From Candidatus Nanohaloarchaea archaeon (GTDB taxonomy: Archaea; Nanohalarchaeota; Nanosalinia; Nanosalinales; Nanosalinaceae), in NCBI GenBank assembly GCA_041640035.1, contig JBEQBC010000003.1:44945-108944 (forward strand): a stretch of 64,000 bases of DNA. Reading direction: 5' to 3'. The translations under genes were made by a program, and so were the position numbers. Positions 46,133 through 55,457 of this stretch are shown piece by piece (positions within the stretch are counted from its first letter, which is position 1; each line of letters opens with the position of its first letter). The notes beneath the pieces are model-generated. The model saw only the letters and a list, made by a program, of their open reading frames with translations. It made no database searches and was not told where the DNA came from.

Positions 46133-46217
46133 TGCACTCGAAAACAACATTCTCACGGATTCAACCCCTGGTATTCAGTAAGTTGTTTAAAGAAAACCCT
46201 CCTCAAACTTATCTGCC

Positions 46218-46496
46218 ATGGTAGACACTGAAGAAGTCGAGGAAGTAGCAGAGAACGCCAGAATAGAACTTGAAGAAGGAGAAGCAGAAGAGTTCGCAGA
46301 AGAATTCGAAGATATACTAGAGATGTTCGAGACCCTCGACGATGTAGGCACCGAAGATGTAGAACCCTCCTTCCACCCTGTAGAAGTATCACCAACAACC
46401 AGGGAAGACGAAGTAGAGGAAACACTCGACGAGAACCAAGTTTTCAAGAACACCGATAACGAGGAAGATGGTTTCTTCAAAGGACCGTCAGCTTAA
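46218..46496 (+). CDS. gatC: Asp/Glu-tRNA amidotransferase subunit C
   Basis: VAENARIEL, ILEMFETL, REDE, DGFFKGP. Confidence 0.92.
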   Translation: MVDTEEVEEVAENARIELEEGEAEEFAEEFEDILEMFETLDDVGTEDVEPSFHPVEVSPTTREDEVEETLDENQVFKNTDNEEDGFFKGPSA

Positions 46497-46529
46497 ACTT
46501 TCTAATTAACTATTCACTAAATACTTATC

Positions 46530-47036
46530 ATGAAGATAGGTCTAGTTTCCGATACGCACGATAACCTCGAAAGAGCCAAACTCGCAGCAGACTTCTTCGA
46601 ACAAAGATCCGTGGAAGAGGTAATCCACTGTGGTGACCTGGTTGCACCTTTCACCGCCGAGATATTCGACCGCAGCTTCAACTTCTACTATGTAAGAGGG
46701 AACAACGACGGCGAATGGAACCTCAAACAGAAAATAAACGAATTCGGACACTTTCATAATAACATCGCAGAACTAGAATTCGACACTGAAACATTCGCAG
46801 TATACCACGGTACCGAGGAAGAGATAGTCGAATCACTTGTCGAATCAGAGAACTACGACTATGTGATCAGGGGCCACACCCACAAAAGAAAGAAAAGAGA
46901 CTACGGAAAGACCAGAGAGATCAATCCCGGCGGTATCAAAATTGGTGAAGATGGGGAAGAGTTCTCAGTAGCAGTGCTGGAAACTGAAACGGGTGAAGTA
47001 CATTTCTACGAGGAGGAGAAACTGAGAGAACTATGA
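46530..47036 (+). CDS. Metallophosphoesterase (YfcE/MJ0936 family)
   Basis: SDTHDN, HCGD, GNND, YHG, GHTH, NPG. Confidence 0.93.
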   Translation: MKIGLVSDTHDNLERAKLAADFFEQRSVEEVIHCGDLVAPFTAEIFDRSFNFYYVRGNNDGEWNLKQKINEFGHFHNNIAELEFDTETFAVYHGTEEEIVESLVESENYDYVIRGHTHKRKKRDYGKTREINPGGIKIGEDGEEFSVAVLETETGEVHFYEEEKLREL

Positions 47037-47161
47037 AACTGGAATGCCCGGAATGCGGCGGCGAAATGTCCTTCGACGGATACCGACCATTATTCCCTAC
47101 ATGCACGGAATGCAGTGAAACCTTTCATGTCGATGACTGCATCCAGAAAAACTCCGACTGA
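47033..47161 (+). CDS. 42-aa CPxCG zinc-finger microprotein
   Basis: Below ORF-track cutoff: MKLECPECGGEMSFDGYRPLFPTCTECSETFHVDDCIQKNSD; ATGA overlap with upstream stop. Confidence 0.75.
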   Translation: MKLECPECGGEMSFDGYRPLFPTCTECSETFHVDDCIQKNSD

Positions 47162-47192
47162 TTTTTAAGATTCCTCAAACGAAAACAGTTCT

Positions 47193-48566
47193 ATGACTGT
47201 GGAAAAAGTCGTTAAGAGCGAAAAAGACATAGATAAGGAAAAAATTCAGGAACAACTGAAACAGGCAGAACAGGAATTCAACCTTCTCAGAGAATACAAA
47301 AAAGGAGAACCACAGAACGGCGAACTCAACAACATACCTTTCGTAGCCAAAGACGCCATCTGCACAAAAAATGTAACCACAAGCGCAGGAAGCAAAATAC
47401 TAGAAGACTACAAACCAGTATTCGACGCCACAGTCATACAAAAACTGAAAAACGCAGGCGCACAGTTCTACGGAAAAACAGAACAGGACGAATTCGGATT
47501 CGGAACCTTCTCCACCAACAACGCATTTACAACACCGAAAAACCCTCACGACCCTGAAAGAGTAGTCGGAGGAAGCAGCGGTGGAGCAGGAGCAATAGTA
47601 GCAGCAGTAGACCAACCAATAATTTCTCTGGGAGAAAGCACAGGAGGATCAATTACAAACCCGGCAGCATATAACGGAGTCGTAGGAATAACACCTACAT
47701 ACGGACGAGTATCACGGTACGGACTTGTAGACTACGCAAACAGCCTGGACAAGATAGGAGTACTAACACAGAATGTCTACGGAGCAGCCAAAGGACTAGA
47801 AATCATCGCAGGACACGATGAAAACGATCAAACAACAGCAGACCGTGAAGTACCTGAATACGCAGAGAACCTGGAAGGAACCCAAGGTAAACTGGCTGTA
47901 CCTGAACAGTACCTTGAGCTAGACGGTGTAGAGGAAGGAGTGATGGAGAACTTTCTTGAATCGATTGAAGAACTGAAAGAGATGGGATACGAGGTTGAGG
48001 AAGTTGATATGCCTCTGCTATCGGCTGATGTAGCAGTACCAGCATACTATGTACTGGCGGTAAGCGAAGCATCGACCAACCTAGCCAAGATGAGCGGGAT
48101 GCGTTACGGACTGGAGTTCGACCCGGAAAACTATGAAGACTTCAACGATTACTTCTCAGCAGTTAGAAGCGAAGGATTCGGAGAAGAAGCCAAAAGAAGA
48201 ATACTACTAGGAACATACACAAGACAGGCAGGATACCGAGACCAGTACTACATCAAAGCAGCCAAAGTAAGAACCAAAATAATCAATCAGTATAAAGAAG
48301 TGTTCGAGGAGTATGATGCAGTGATTTCGCCATCCATGCCGAACATAGCTCCAAAAATCGAAGAAGCCGAAGAGATGAAACCTTCAGAAATCTACGCCAT
48401 GGACACACTGACCGTCGGTCCAAACCTGGCAGGAATGCCAATGATCTCAGTGCCGAATGGAACCAGTCAGGAGATGCCGACCGGACTGCATATTGTAGGA
48501 AACCATTTCGAGGAGCAGAAAATACTTGATATCGCATACAGCTATGAAAGAGGTGAGGAAGAATGA
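47193..48566 (+). CDS. gatA: Asp/Glu-tRNA amidotransferase subunit A
   Basis: AKDAI, GGSSGG, ESTGGSI, PTYGRVSRYG, EAKRRILLG. Confidence 0.95.
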   Translation: MTVEKVVKSEKDIDKEKIQEQLKQAEQEFNLLREYKKGEPQNGELNNIPFVAKDAICTKNVTTSAGSKILEDYKPVFDATVIQKLKNAGAQFYGKTEQDEFGFGTFSTNNAFTTPKNPHDPERVVGGSSGGAGAIVAAVDQPIISLGESTGGSITNPAAYNGVVGITPTYGRVSRYGLVDYANSLDKIGVLTQNVYGAAKGLEIIAGHDENDQTTADREVPEYAENLEGTQGKLAVPEQYLELDGVEEGVMENFLESIEELKEMGYEVEEVDMPLLSADVAVPAYYVLAVSEASTNLAKMSGMRYGLEFDPENYEDFNDYFSAVRSEGFGEEAKRRILLGTYTRQAGYRDQYYIKAAKVRTKIINQYKEVFEEYDAVISPSMPNIAPKIEEAEEMKPSEIYAMDTLTVGPNLAGMPMISVPNGTSQEMPTGLHIVGNHFEEQKILDIAYSYERGEEE

Positions 48567-49981
48567 GTGAAGAAACAGAAGTCATGATCGGACTGGAAAC
48601 ACATGTACAACTCGATACAAATACAAAGCTTTTCTGCGGCTGCCCAAACCAGCCGGATGCAGAATCCAACACAAATGTATGTGAAACCTGCCTCGGCCAT
48701 CCTGGCAGCAAACCACAGATGAACGAAAAAGTAGTTAAACAAGCTGTCAAGGTTTCAGAAGCCCTGCAGTGCGATGTAAACAGAGATATATTCTTCTCAC
48801 GGAAGACCTACTTCTACCCGGACATGAGCAAGAACTACCAGATCACACAGTACGAGATACCGGTAGGAGAACACGGCGATATGGAAGTCAAGATCGGAGA
48901 CAGGAAGAAAGACATCGGAATCACCAGGCTGCATATCGAAGAGGATCCAGCGAAGACAGAGCACTCCGGTGGCTCAATACAGGACTCCGCATACACCAAG
49001 GTAGACTACAACCGTGCAGGAACACCACTTCTCGAGATCGTAACCGATCCAGACTTTGAATCACCGAAGGAAGCTAGAGAATACCTTAAGCAACTGGTTC
49101 AGACACTGGAATACCTGGGTGTCTACAGCTCGGAATCAGAGTACGCGATTAAGTCCGATGCAAACATCTCGATTGAAGGCGGAGAAAAGGTAGAGGTAAA
49201 GAATATCACAGGTACAGCAGGGATTGAGAAAGCACTCAGCTACGAGATCACAAGGCAGAAACAGTTGAAGAAGAGAGGCCGTGAAGTCGAACAACAGACC
49301 CGGAACTACGATGCCAATCAGGAGATTACTACTAAACTTCGAGAGAAGGAAACTGAAGAAGACTACGGGTACATCTTTGACCCTGACCTGACACGGCAGG
49401 AGATCGATCAGGAGTACCGGAAACGGTTGAAGAAAGAAGTACCAGAGCTTCCGCACGAGAAGTTTGAACGGTTCCAAGAGGAATACGGGCTTTCCGAGAA
49501 AGCTGTCGAAGCACTGATCGTTGAACCACAGCTCGCAGATGACTTCGAGGAACTGGCAGAAAACCATGAAACACAGCTAGTATCCTCAATCCTGACCGGC
49601 GAGATGAGAAAAGTACTCAACTACAACAACCTAACCTACACAGCATTTGACGCACCGATCAAATGGATCGAATATGTAGTCGAACTGGTAGAAGAGGACA
49701 AGATTTCAGATAGAAACATGGAGATGGTCCTCCGTGAAATGGTCGGAGAAGACCGAGACCCAAGAGATATAGTCGAAGAAGAGGATTTACTGAAGGCTGA
49801 GGACGATGAAATTGATCAATTCGTTGAACGGGTTATAGATGAGAATCCTGACGCTGTAGAAGACTATAACTCCGGTGAGGAAGAAGCAGTCAACTTCCTC
49901 GTTGGACAGGTCATGCAGCAAAGCCAGGGTAAGGCAGATCCCAGGACCGCTAGAGAGAAAATCCTTGAAGAACTGGACTGA
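48563..49981 (+). CDS. gatB: Asp/Glu-tRNA amidotransferase subunit B
   Basis: IGLETHVQL, RKTYFYPD, HIEED, DYNRAGTPLLEIVT, NFLVGQVM. Confidence 0.97.
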   Translation: MSEETEVMIGLETHVQLDTNTKLFCGCPNQPDAESNTNVCETCLGHPGSKPQMNEKVVKQAVKVSEALQCDVNRDIFFSRKTYFYPDMSKNYQITQYEIPVGEHGDMEVKIGDRKKDIGITRLHIEEDPAKTEHSGGSIQDSAYTKVDYNRAGTPLLEIVTDPDFESPKEAREYLKQLVQTLEYLGVYSSESEYAIKSDANISIEGGEKVEVKNITGTAGIEKALSYEITRQKQLKKRGREVEQQTRNYDANQEITTKLREKETEEDYGYIFDPDLTRQEIDQEYRKRLKKEVPELPHEKFERFQEEYGLSEKAVEALIVEPQLADDFEELAENHETQLVSSILTGEMRKVLNYNNLTYTAFDAPIKWIEYVVELVEEDKISDRNMEMVLREMVGEDRDPRDIVEEEDLLKAEDDEIDQFVERVIDENPDAVEDYNSGEEEAVNFLVGQVMQQSQGKADPRTAREKILEELD

Positions 49982-49997
49982 GTACATTTAAACAAAG

Positions 49998-50900
49998 ATG
50001 AAAGCAGACAAAGTGCTCGACAACCTCGGAATAGAGTATGAAGAAGTTGTTCAAGATCAGCCGACCAAAAGTTGTGATGATGCAGCCAGGGAAAGAGGAC
50101 TGGAAACACGGCAGATCGTTAAATCTCTTATAATCGAGTCAGAAGGCCAGAAGTACCACATCCTTTTGCCGGGCGACCGAACGCTTTCTGAAAGCAAGTT
50201 CGGAGCCGAATACCGAATGGTACCGCCCGCAGAATCTAAAGAACTCACAGGTTTCGAATCAGGTACGGTGCACCCGTTCTCAACCCAGCTCAAACATGTA
50301 GTTGACGAGAGAATATTTGAAAACGACAGGGTATCGCACACAGTAGGTGAGAAGAAACGAGGTATAATAACATCTGCTGATAATCTCCGTGAAGCATTAG
50401 GGAGTTCGGATTTCGATTTTGAAGTCCGTGATATAGCTGTTTCCGAGGATGAAGATTATGAACAGGTTCAGAGCGACGGGATAGATGAGGAAGATGCAAA
50501 GTTCATAGTTGACAACGGTTTCCGCAGAGACTTCCTGGCGTTGAAAGATGATTTCACAGGTTCTTCCGTTCTGAATCTTCTCAAGGAGTTCAACCGTGAA
50601 GACCTGACTGTTGACAGAGAGGTCTCCAGAGAGATACTTGAAAGATCTGAAAGCCTGACCCATACACAGAGACTGGTTGAACACTACGCCGGAAACGGTG
50701 AGCTTCCGGAGGAACAGGAGTTTGACCTCGAGCAGGAGGTAAAAACTGTGTTGGATGAAAATCCGGATGCCGTAGAGGATTTCCGGTCTGGCAGAGACTC
50801 CGCTCTGAACTATTTGATCGGTCAGCTTATGCAGAGGACAAGTGGCAAGGCTGAGGCCAGAGAAGCCCGGAAAATTATGAAGGAGGATCTCTCCGAATGA
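49998..50900 (+). CDS. YbaK/prolyl-tRNA editing domain fused to a GatB/YqeY-like tail
   Basis: QIVKSL, TGFESGTVHPF N-terminal domain; C-terminus VLDENPDAVEDFRSG..ALNYLIGQLMQRTSGKA resembles the GatB tail. Confidence 0.82.
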   Translation: MKADKVLDNLGIEYEEVVQDQPTKSCDDAARERGLETRQIVKSLIIESEGQKYHILLPGDRTLSESKFGAEYRMVPPAESKELTGFESGTVHPFSTQLKHVVDERIFENDRVSHTVGEKKRGIITSADNLREALGSSDFDFEVRDIAVSEDEDYEQVQSDGIDEEDAKFIVDNGFRRDFLALKDDFTGSSVLNLLKEFNREDLTVDREVSREILERSESLTHTQRLVEHYAGNGELPEEQEFDLEQEVKTVLDENPDAVEDFRSGRDSALNYLIGQLMQRTSGKAEAREARKIMKEDLSE

Positions 50901-51601
50901 CCAGTATCTCCGAGGAGTTCGTACAGGAACAGGTTCAGGAGATCAAAGAGAGGGAAGATGTTAAAGGGGTCGCGGTTTTCGGCAGTTACGCTCGTGAACC
51001 AGAGGCCGACCACAACGATCTTGATATCTATATCATAGTTGAAGATGACTACCGTAAGCGCGTCACCGAGGAAATCGATGGAGTAGTGGTGGAGAAATTC
51101 TATAATTCAGTTAACTGGGTTGAAGATTATATTGCGGATGAAGGTGAGTGGTGGAAATGCTATCACTGGTTCAAAAACGGTGATATCCGGTACGATCCGG
51201 AGAAGGTGTTTGAAGATTTTCTGGAGCAGCTTGAAGATGTTAAGGAAGAAAGATTGGAGCTCTCCGAGCAAAAGAAGAAAGAGATAAGCTATTACATCTG
51301 GGATTTCCAGCAGGATCTGGACTCTGATGATGTGGCGCAGAAAAGATTCATGATGAACCAACTCTTCCAATACCTCCTCGAAAAACATTACCTCTTGAAA
51401 GGAGAGGTTCCTGTTAAGAAGAATTACAGGCTCAAGAAGCTGAAAAAGTTCGATGGGTACATGTACAAGCTTTCACAGGATTTTCTGAATTCTTCTTCAA
51501 CTTTGGAAAAGGAGAGAAAGCTTGAGAAAATGGTTGAACATGTTTCAAAGAAGCTGCCGGAGATAGATCCTGAATGGAAGACAGATAAAGAGAAAAAATA
51601 A
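50897..51601 (+). CDS. Nucleotidyltransferase-domain protein (Pol-beta superfamily)
   Basis: FGSYAR...NDLDIYII; helical C-terminal domain. Confidence 0.82.
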   Translation: MTSISEEFVQEQVQEIKEREDVKGVAVFGSYAREPEADHNDLDIYIIVEDDYRKRVTEEIDGVVVEKFYNSVNWVEDYIADEGEWWKCYHWFKNGDIRYDPEKVFEDFLEQLEDVKEERLELSEQKKKEISYYIWDFQQDLDSDDVAQKRFMMNQLFQYLLEKHYLLKGEVPVKKNYRLKKLKKFDGYMYKLSQDFLNSSSTLEKERKLEKMVEHVSKKLPEIDPEWKTDKEKK

Positions 51602-51609
51602 TTATTGGG

Positions 51610-51822
51610 TTATTCTTCTTCCTGTTTAGGGAACTTCACAGCGATCTCAAGACCTGAGTCATCTGAGAAAACCCTTGCGAAAATCTTGTCGGATAGTTCC
51701 TGGTAAACCTTCCAGTCATCCCCATCAAGTCCGACTTCGCCGTCCTCAACAGAATCTGCTAGGTCTCTCAGGAATTCTGCTGTAGCCTCTTCATCCATCC
51801 TGAACTGTCTATCAACCATCAA
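51610..51822 (-). CDS. Amphi-Trp-like small protein
   Basis: ATAEFLRDLADSVEDG..LEIAVKF pattern. Confidence 0.6.
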   Translation of the reverse strand: MMVDRQFRMDEEATAEFLRDLADSVEDGEVGLDGDDWKVYQELSDKIFARVFSDDSGLEIAVKFPKQEEE

Positions 51823-51830
51823 GTATCACT

Positions 51831-53063
51831 TTATGCGAACATTTCGTTCGGATGCTTGGCTTCGTCCGATAGGAAGTCCTTCTCCATTCCTACATTTCCT
51901 TCTTTCAGGTCCTTGACTGCTTCGATGAAGTCCTCCAGACCTACGACTGCCTGCTCAGGTTCTGTGGCGTTATCAATTGCGTTGATTGCTGCCTGCTTGA
52001 CGATTTGTTTGATGTCTCTTCCTGTGAAGCCTTCTTCGAACTCTTCGACTACTGCATCGAAGTCAATACCATCTTCCAGGTCAAGCTGCCGTGTGTGTAC
52101 CTTGAGAATCTGTTTCTTGGCTTCTCGGTCCGGTACCGGTACTTCAAGTGCTGAACAACGGTTCAGGATCGCTGGATCCATTACATCCGGTTTATTCGTT
52201 GCGAAGATGCTGATTACATTCGAGTTTTTGCCGGTGTCCAGTCCGTCAAGTTCGCTGAGTAACTGGCTCATCGTTCTTTCGACTTCTTCTCCGCCGTGTC
52301 TGCGGTCATCAAGCCGCTTCTTGGCTATTGCGTCGATCTCATCGATGAATACTATTGCTGGTTTATCGCTTTCTCTTGCCTGTTCGTAAAGTCTCTTGAC
52401 TTTCTTGGCTCCTTCTCCGATGAATTTTTCGACCAGCTGCGGTCCGTTGATCATGAACATGTCAGCGTCGTATTCGTTGCTGACTGCCTTGACCATGTGT
52501 GTTTTTCCGGTTCCAGGCTTTCCTACTAGTAGTATACTTTTATCGAGGTCCATACCCCATTCCTGGATTTTCTCTCTTTTGTCGGCCTCTAGTTGTGCGC
52601 CTACATTTGATCTTAGGCTTTTGATTACATGTTCTAGTCCTCCGACATCTGAGAATGTTACATCGGTGTCTATGGAGTCGAATTCTGCGTCTTTTCCTTT
52701 GCTTACGATATCTGTTACTTTGAAGCTGTTAGGGTCCAGTGCTACTTCTGTTCCTGGCTGGAACTCTTCTGGATTGTATCCGTCTGGTACTTCTACTCCG
52801 TATCTTCCTTTCATGTTTCCGCTGGCTTCAACCCATACACGGTCGCCGTCGAATTCTGATACGACTACGCCTCTGATTACAGGTGTCTTGAGGTTGGTGC
52901 CGTTGGGATTGTCGTTTCCAGCGCGTTTTTTCTGCTGGAAGTACTGTGGGAACTGTACTTTCTGGCTCTTCCCGTCTTTTTCCTGTTTCTTCTCTTTTTG
53001 CTCCTTACCTTTCTGGGACTCGTCTTCTTCATTATTTTTTTCTGAGAAATCTTCTTCAGTCAT
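51831..53063 (-). CDS. PAN-like AAA+ ATPase (divergent)
   Basis: OB-like domain (PGTEVAL), DVGGL, GKPGTGKT, KFIGEGA, FIDEIDA, EVERT, ATN, C-terminal MFA; start 53063 (GGTG SD) or 53126. Confidence 0.8.
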   Translation of the reverse strand: MTEEDFSEKNNEEDESQKGKEQKEKKQEKDGKSQKVQFPQYFQQKKRAGNDNPNGTNLKTPVIRGVVVSEFDGDRVWVEASGNMKGRYGVEVPDGYNPEEFQPGTEVALDPNSFKVTDIVSKGKDAEFDSIDTDVTFSDVGGLEHVIKSLRSNVGAQLEADKREKIQEWGMDLDKSILLVGKPGTGKTHMVKAVSNEYDADMFMINGPQLVEKFIGEGAKKVKRLYEQARESDKPAIVFIDEIDAIAKKRLDDRRHGGEEVERTMSQLLSELDGLDTGKNSNVISIFATNKPDVMDPAILNRCSALEVPVPDREAKKQILKVHTRQLDLEDGIDFDAVVEEFEEGFTGRDIKQIVKQAAINAIDNATEPEQAVVGLEDFIEAVKDLKEGNVGMEKDFLSDEAKHPNEMFA

Positions 53064-53236
53064 TTGAACCACCCAGCGAACAGCCCTGTCCAGCAGTTTT
53101 CGAAGTTTGGCTATTAGGGCATTCACTGTATCGGGGAATAATGTTTCTTATCTTTATAAATCAATTTCAACCGGGCTCTAAAGGAAACCGTTTTTAAGGC
53201 TACAAAAATTAATGAGGAAAGGTAGGTTTTGAAAAT

Positions 53237-54649
53237 ATGAAGCATACTAAAATTGTATCGACAATCGGCCCTGCAAGCAACTCAAAGAAAAAGATAGAGC
53301 AACTTGTAGACGCAGGAGTAAATGTATTCCGACAGAACTTCTCACATGTCGACCACGAAACACACGGCGAAATATACGACCGCATCAGAGATGTAACAGA
53401 AAAAACAGCTATCATGGTAGACACCAAAGGACCAGAAATCCGGCTCAGACAAGTCCAGGAAAACACCGTACTCAAAGACGACCGCACAGTAAAACTGACA
53501 ACCGAAGAAATCGGAGGAGACGAAGAAAAACTATCAGTCAACTTCCCTGACTTCATCGAAAACATCTCGGTAGGAGACGAAATCAGGATTGACGACGGTA
53601 AACTTGAACTAGAAGTAATAGAGATACAGAACGGTGAAGCTGAATGCAACATCATACACGGAGGACCGGTCTCAAGCCGAAAAGCAGTAAATGTACCCGG
53701 GAAAGATGTAGGTCTATCCGCACCAACAGACAAAGACCGTAAAGATATCGAATTTGCTGCAGAAAAAGGCTACGACTTCGTATCCCTCTCATTCGTCAAA
53801 AAAGCCGAAGATATACACCAGGTCAGAGAAATACTAGAAGAAAAAGACTCCGAGATGCATATAATCTCCAAGATCGAACACAAAAAAGCAGTAGAAAACT
53901 TCGATGAAATACTGGAAGCTTCGGACGGTATCATGGTGGCAAGAGGAGATCTAGGAGTCGAGCTATCACCTTCACGCCTACCGATGCTTCAGAAAGAAAT
54001 GATCAATGAATCCAATAAGGCAGGCAAGCCTGTGATTACAGCTACCCAGATGCTTGAATCGATGACAGAGAACCCGACAGCAACCCGTGCAGAGATCTCA
54101 GATGTCGCAAACGCAGTAATGGACGGAAGCGACGCAGTCATGCTCTCCGGAGAAACAGCAATAGGAGAATACCCAGTAAACACAGTAGAATTCATGTCCA
54201 ACATCATAGAAGAAGCTGAATCAGAGATAAAAGAAAGAACACACCACACTATCAAGGATGAACCACAGAACACTCGTGAAGTAATTACAAAAAGTGTTTG
54301 GCAGGCATCAAGAGATAGTGAAGCAGAATATATCGTAGCACATACAACTTCCGGTAGCACAGCTCGGAACATCTCAAAGCATCGCCCTGAAACACCGATC
54401 ATAGCTTTCACGGACAGAGAAATTGTTGAAAGACAGTTACAGCTGGCTTGGGGTGTAAAGTCTTACTACGAGGAGTTCCCTGATGATGTAGAGGGTATGA
54501 TGGAGACTACCGCTCAGAGAATGAAGAACCTGGATCTAGCTGAAGATAGCACCGAGATGGTTCTATCCGCTGGTATCCCTACCTCTGTCACAGGTACCAC
54601 CAACATGATGCAGATAAGAACTGTGGAAAGCATCATGAAGCATGACTGA
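53237..54649 (+). CDS. pyk: Pyruvate kinase
   Basis: TKIVSTIGPAS, DTKGPEIR, SKIE, MVARGDLG, ATQMLESM, MLSGETA. Confidence 0.97.
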   Translation: MKHTKIVSTIGPASNSKKKIEQLVDAGVNVFRQNFSHVDHETHGEIYDRIRDVTEKTAIMVDTKGPEIRLRQVQENTVLKDDRTVKLTTEEIGGDEEKLSVNFPDFIENISVGDEIRIDDGKLELEVIEIQNGEAECNIIHGGPVSSRKAVNVPGKDVGLSAPTDKDRKDIEFAAEKGYDFVSLSFVKKAEDIHQVREILEEKDSEMHIISKIEHKKAVENFDEILEASDGIMVARGDLGVELSPSRLPMLQKEMINESNKAGKPVITATQMLESMTENPTATRAEISDVANAVMDGSDAVMLSGETAIGEYPVNTVEFMSNIIEEAESEIKERTHHTIKDEPQNTREVITKSVWQASRDSEAEYIVAHTTSGSTARNISKHRPETPIIAFTDREIVERQLQLAWGVKSYYEEFPDDVEGMMETTAQRMKNLDLAEDSTEMVLSAGIPTSVTGTTNMMQIRTVESIMKHD

Positions 54650-54700
54650 AATTATTCGAAGGGTTGAAATTAGTTGAAGTCGGAAATGTCTGGTAAGTGA

Positions 54701-55258
54701 ATGGTTGATACTGAGGAAAGAGACCTAGAACTGGACTGGCAGAAAATCAGGGACGATGAAGTATTCAAGTACGGCGGTCTCGGTGTAGGTACTGTTTTCC
54801 AGTTCGCTGAACATTCACCGGAAAAAGTGGAGGAGTTTACCGGTATAGATGTACCCAGTTCTCTTTTTGAAGAGGTATTCAATCCTTGGGAGATAGATAA
54901 GGGCGTTCATTTTGCTTTCTCGTACTCAGCTGCTACAGCGATGCTGGAAACCATGGAGAAAACAGATCGAAGAGTTTTGTATCCAAGTAAAGTTCTCACG
55001 GTGAACATGGCGACTCTGATAGGTGGATCGGCGAAAGAACTTACTGATAATTGGTATGATCCGATGGATATGGCAGCGAACTTCGCAGGCTCCAACACCG
55101 CACTCATACACCATAAATCCAGATTGGAAAACAAGTATGAGAACAGTTTAGGTATCGAAATAGAAGACTACAGCGATTTTTCCGTCGCGGAGGAACTACA
55201 TTACCATGATCAACAGGATGACTTTGATGTGGAAGAGTACCTTCAGGAAGCTGATTAG
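54701..55258 (+). CDS. Hypothetical protein with DKxxH...KE..D...DxxAN motif (VanZ/YfiM-like)
   Basis: DKGVHF, KELTD, DMAANFAG. Confidence 0.5.
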   Translation: MVDTEERDLELDWQKIRDDEVFKYGGLGVGTVFQFAEHSPEKVEEFTGIDVPSSLFEEVFNPWEIDKGVHFAFSYSAATAMLETMEKTDRRVLYPSKVLTVNMATLIGGSAKELTDNWYDPMDMAANFAGSNTALIHHKSRLENKYENSLGIEIEDYSDFSVAEELHYHDQQDDFDVEEYLQEAD

Positions 55259-55275
55259 AAAAAGTTAAGGTGTAG

Positions 55276-55350
55276 CGAGCTCGTAGGGATTTGAACCCTA
55301 GACCTAGCGGTCCGAAGCCGCTCGCTCTGTCCAAGCTGAGCTACGAGCCC
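55276..55350 (-). tRNA. tRNA-Arg(TCG)
   Basis: Cloverleaf GGGCTCG/CGAGCTC, anticodon arm AGCGG-CTTCGGA-CCGCT, TTCAAAT T-loop; no encoded CCA. Confidence 0.96.
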
Positions 55351-55457
55351 TCTACGAATGTATTACCAGGTTGGTGCTGGAATTCTTTTATACCTGAAAT
55401 ATTTCTTCAACTGATTTCCGCAGGATTATTATTCAGGCTTCTAAAATAACTGTACTT

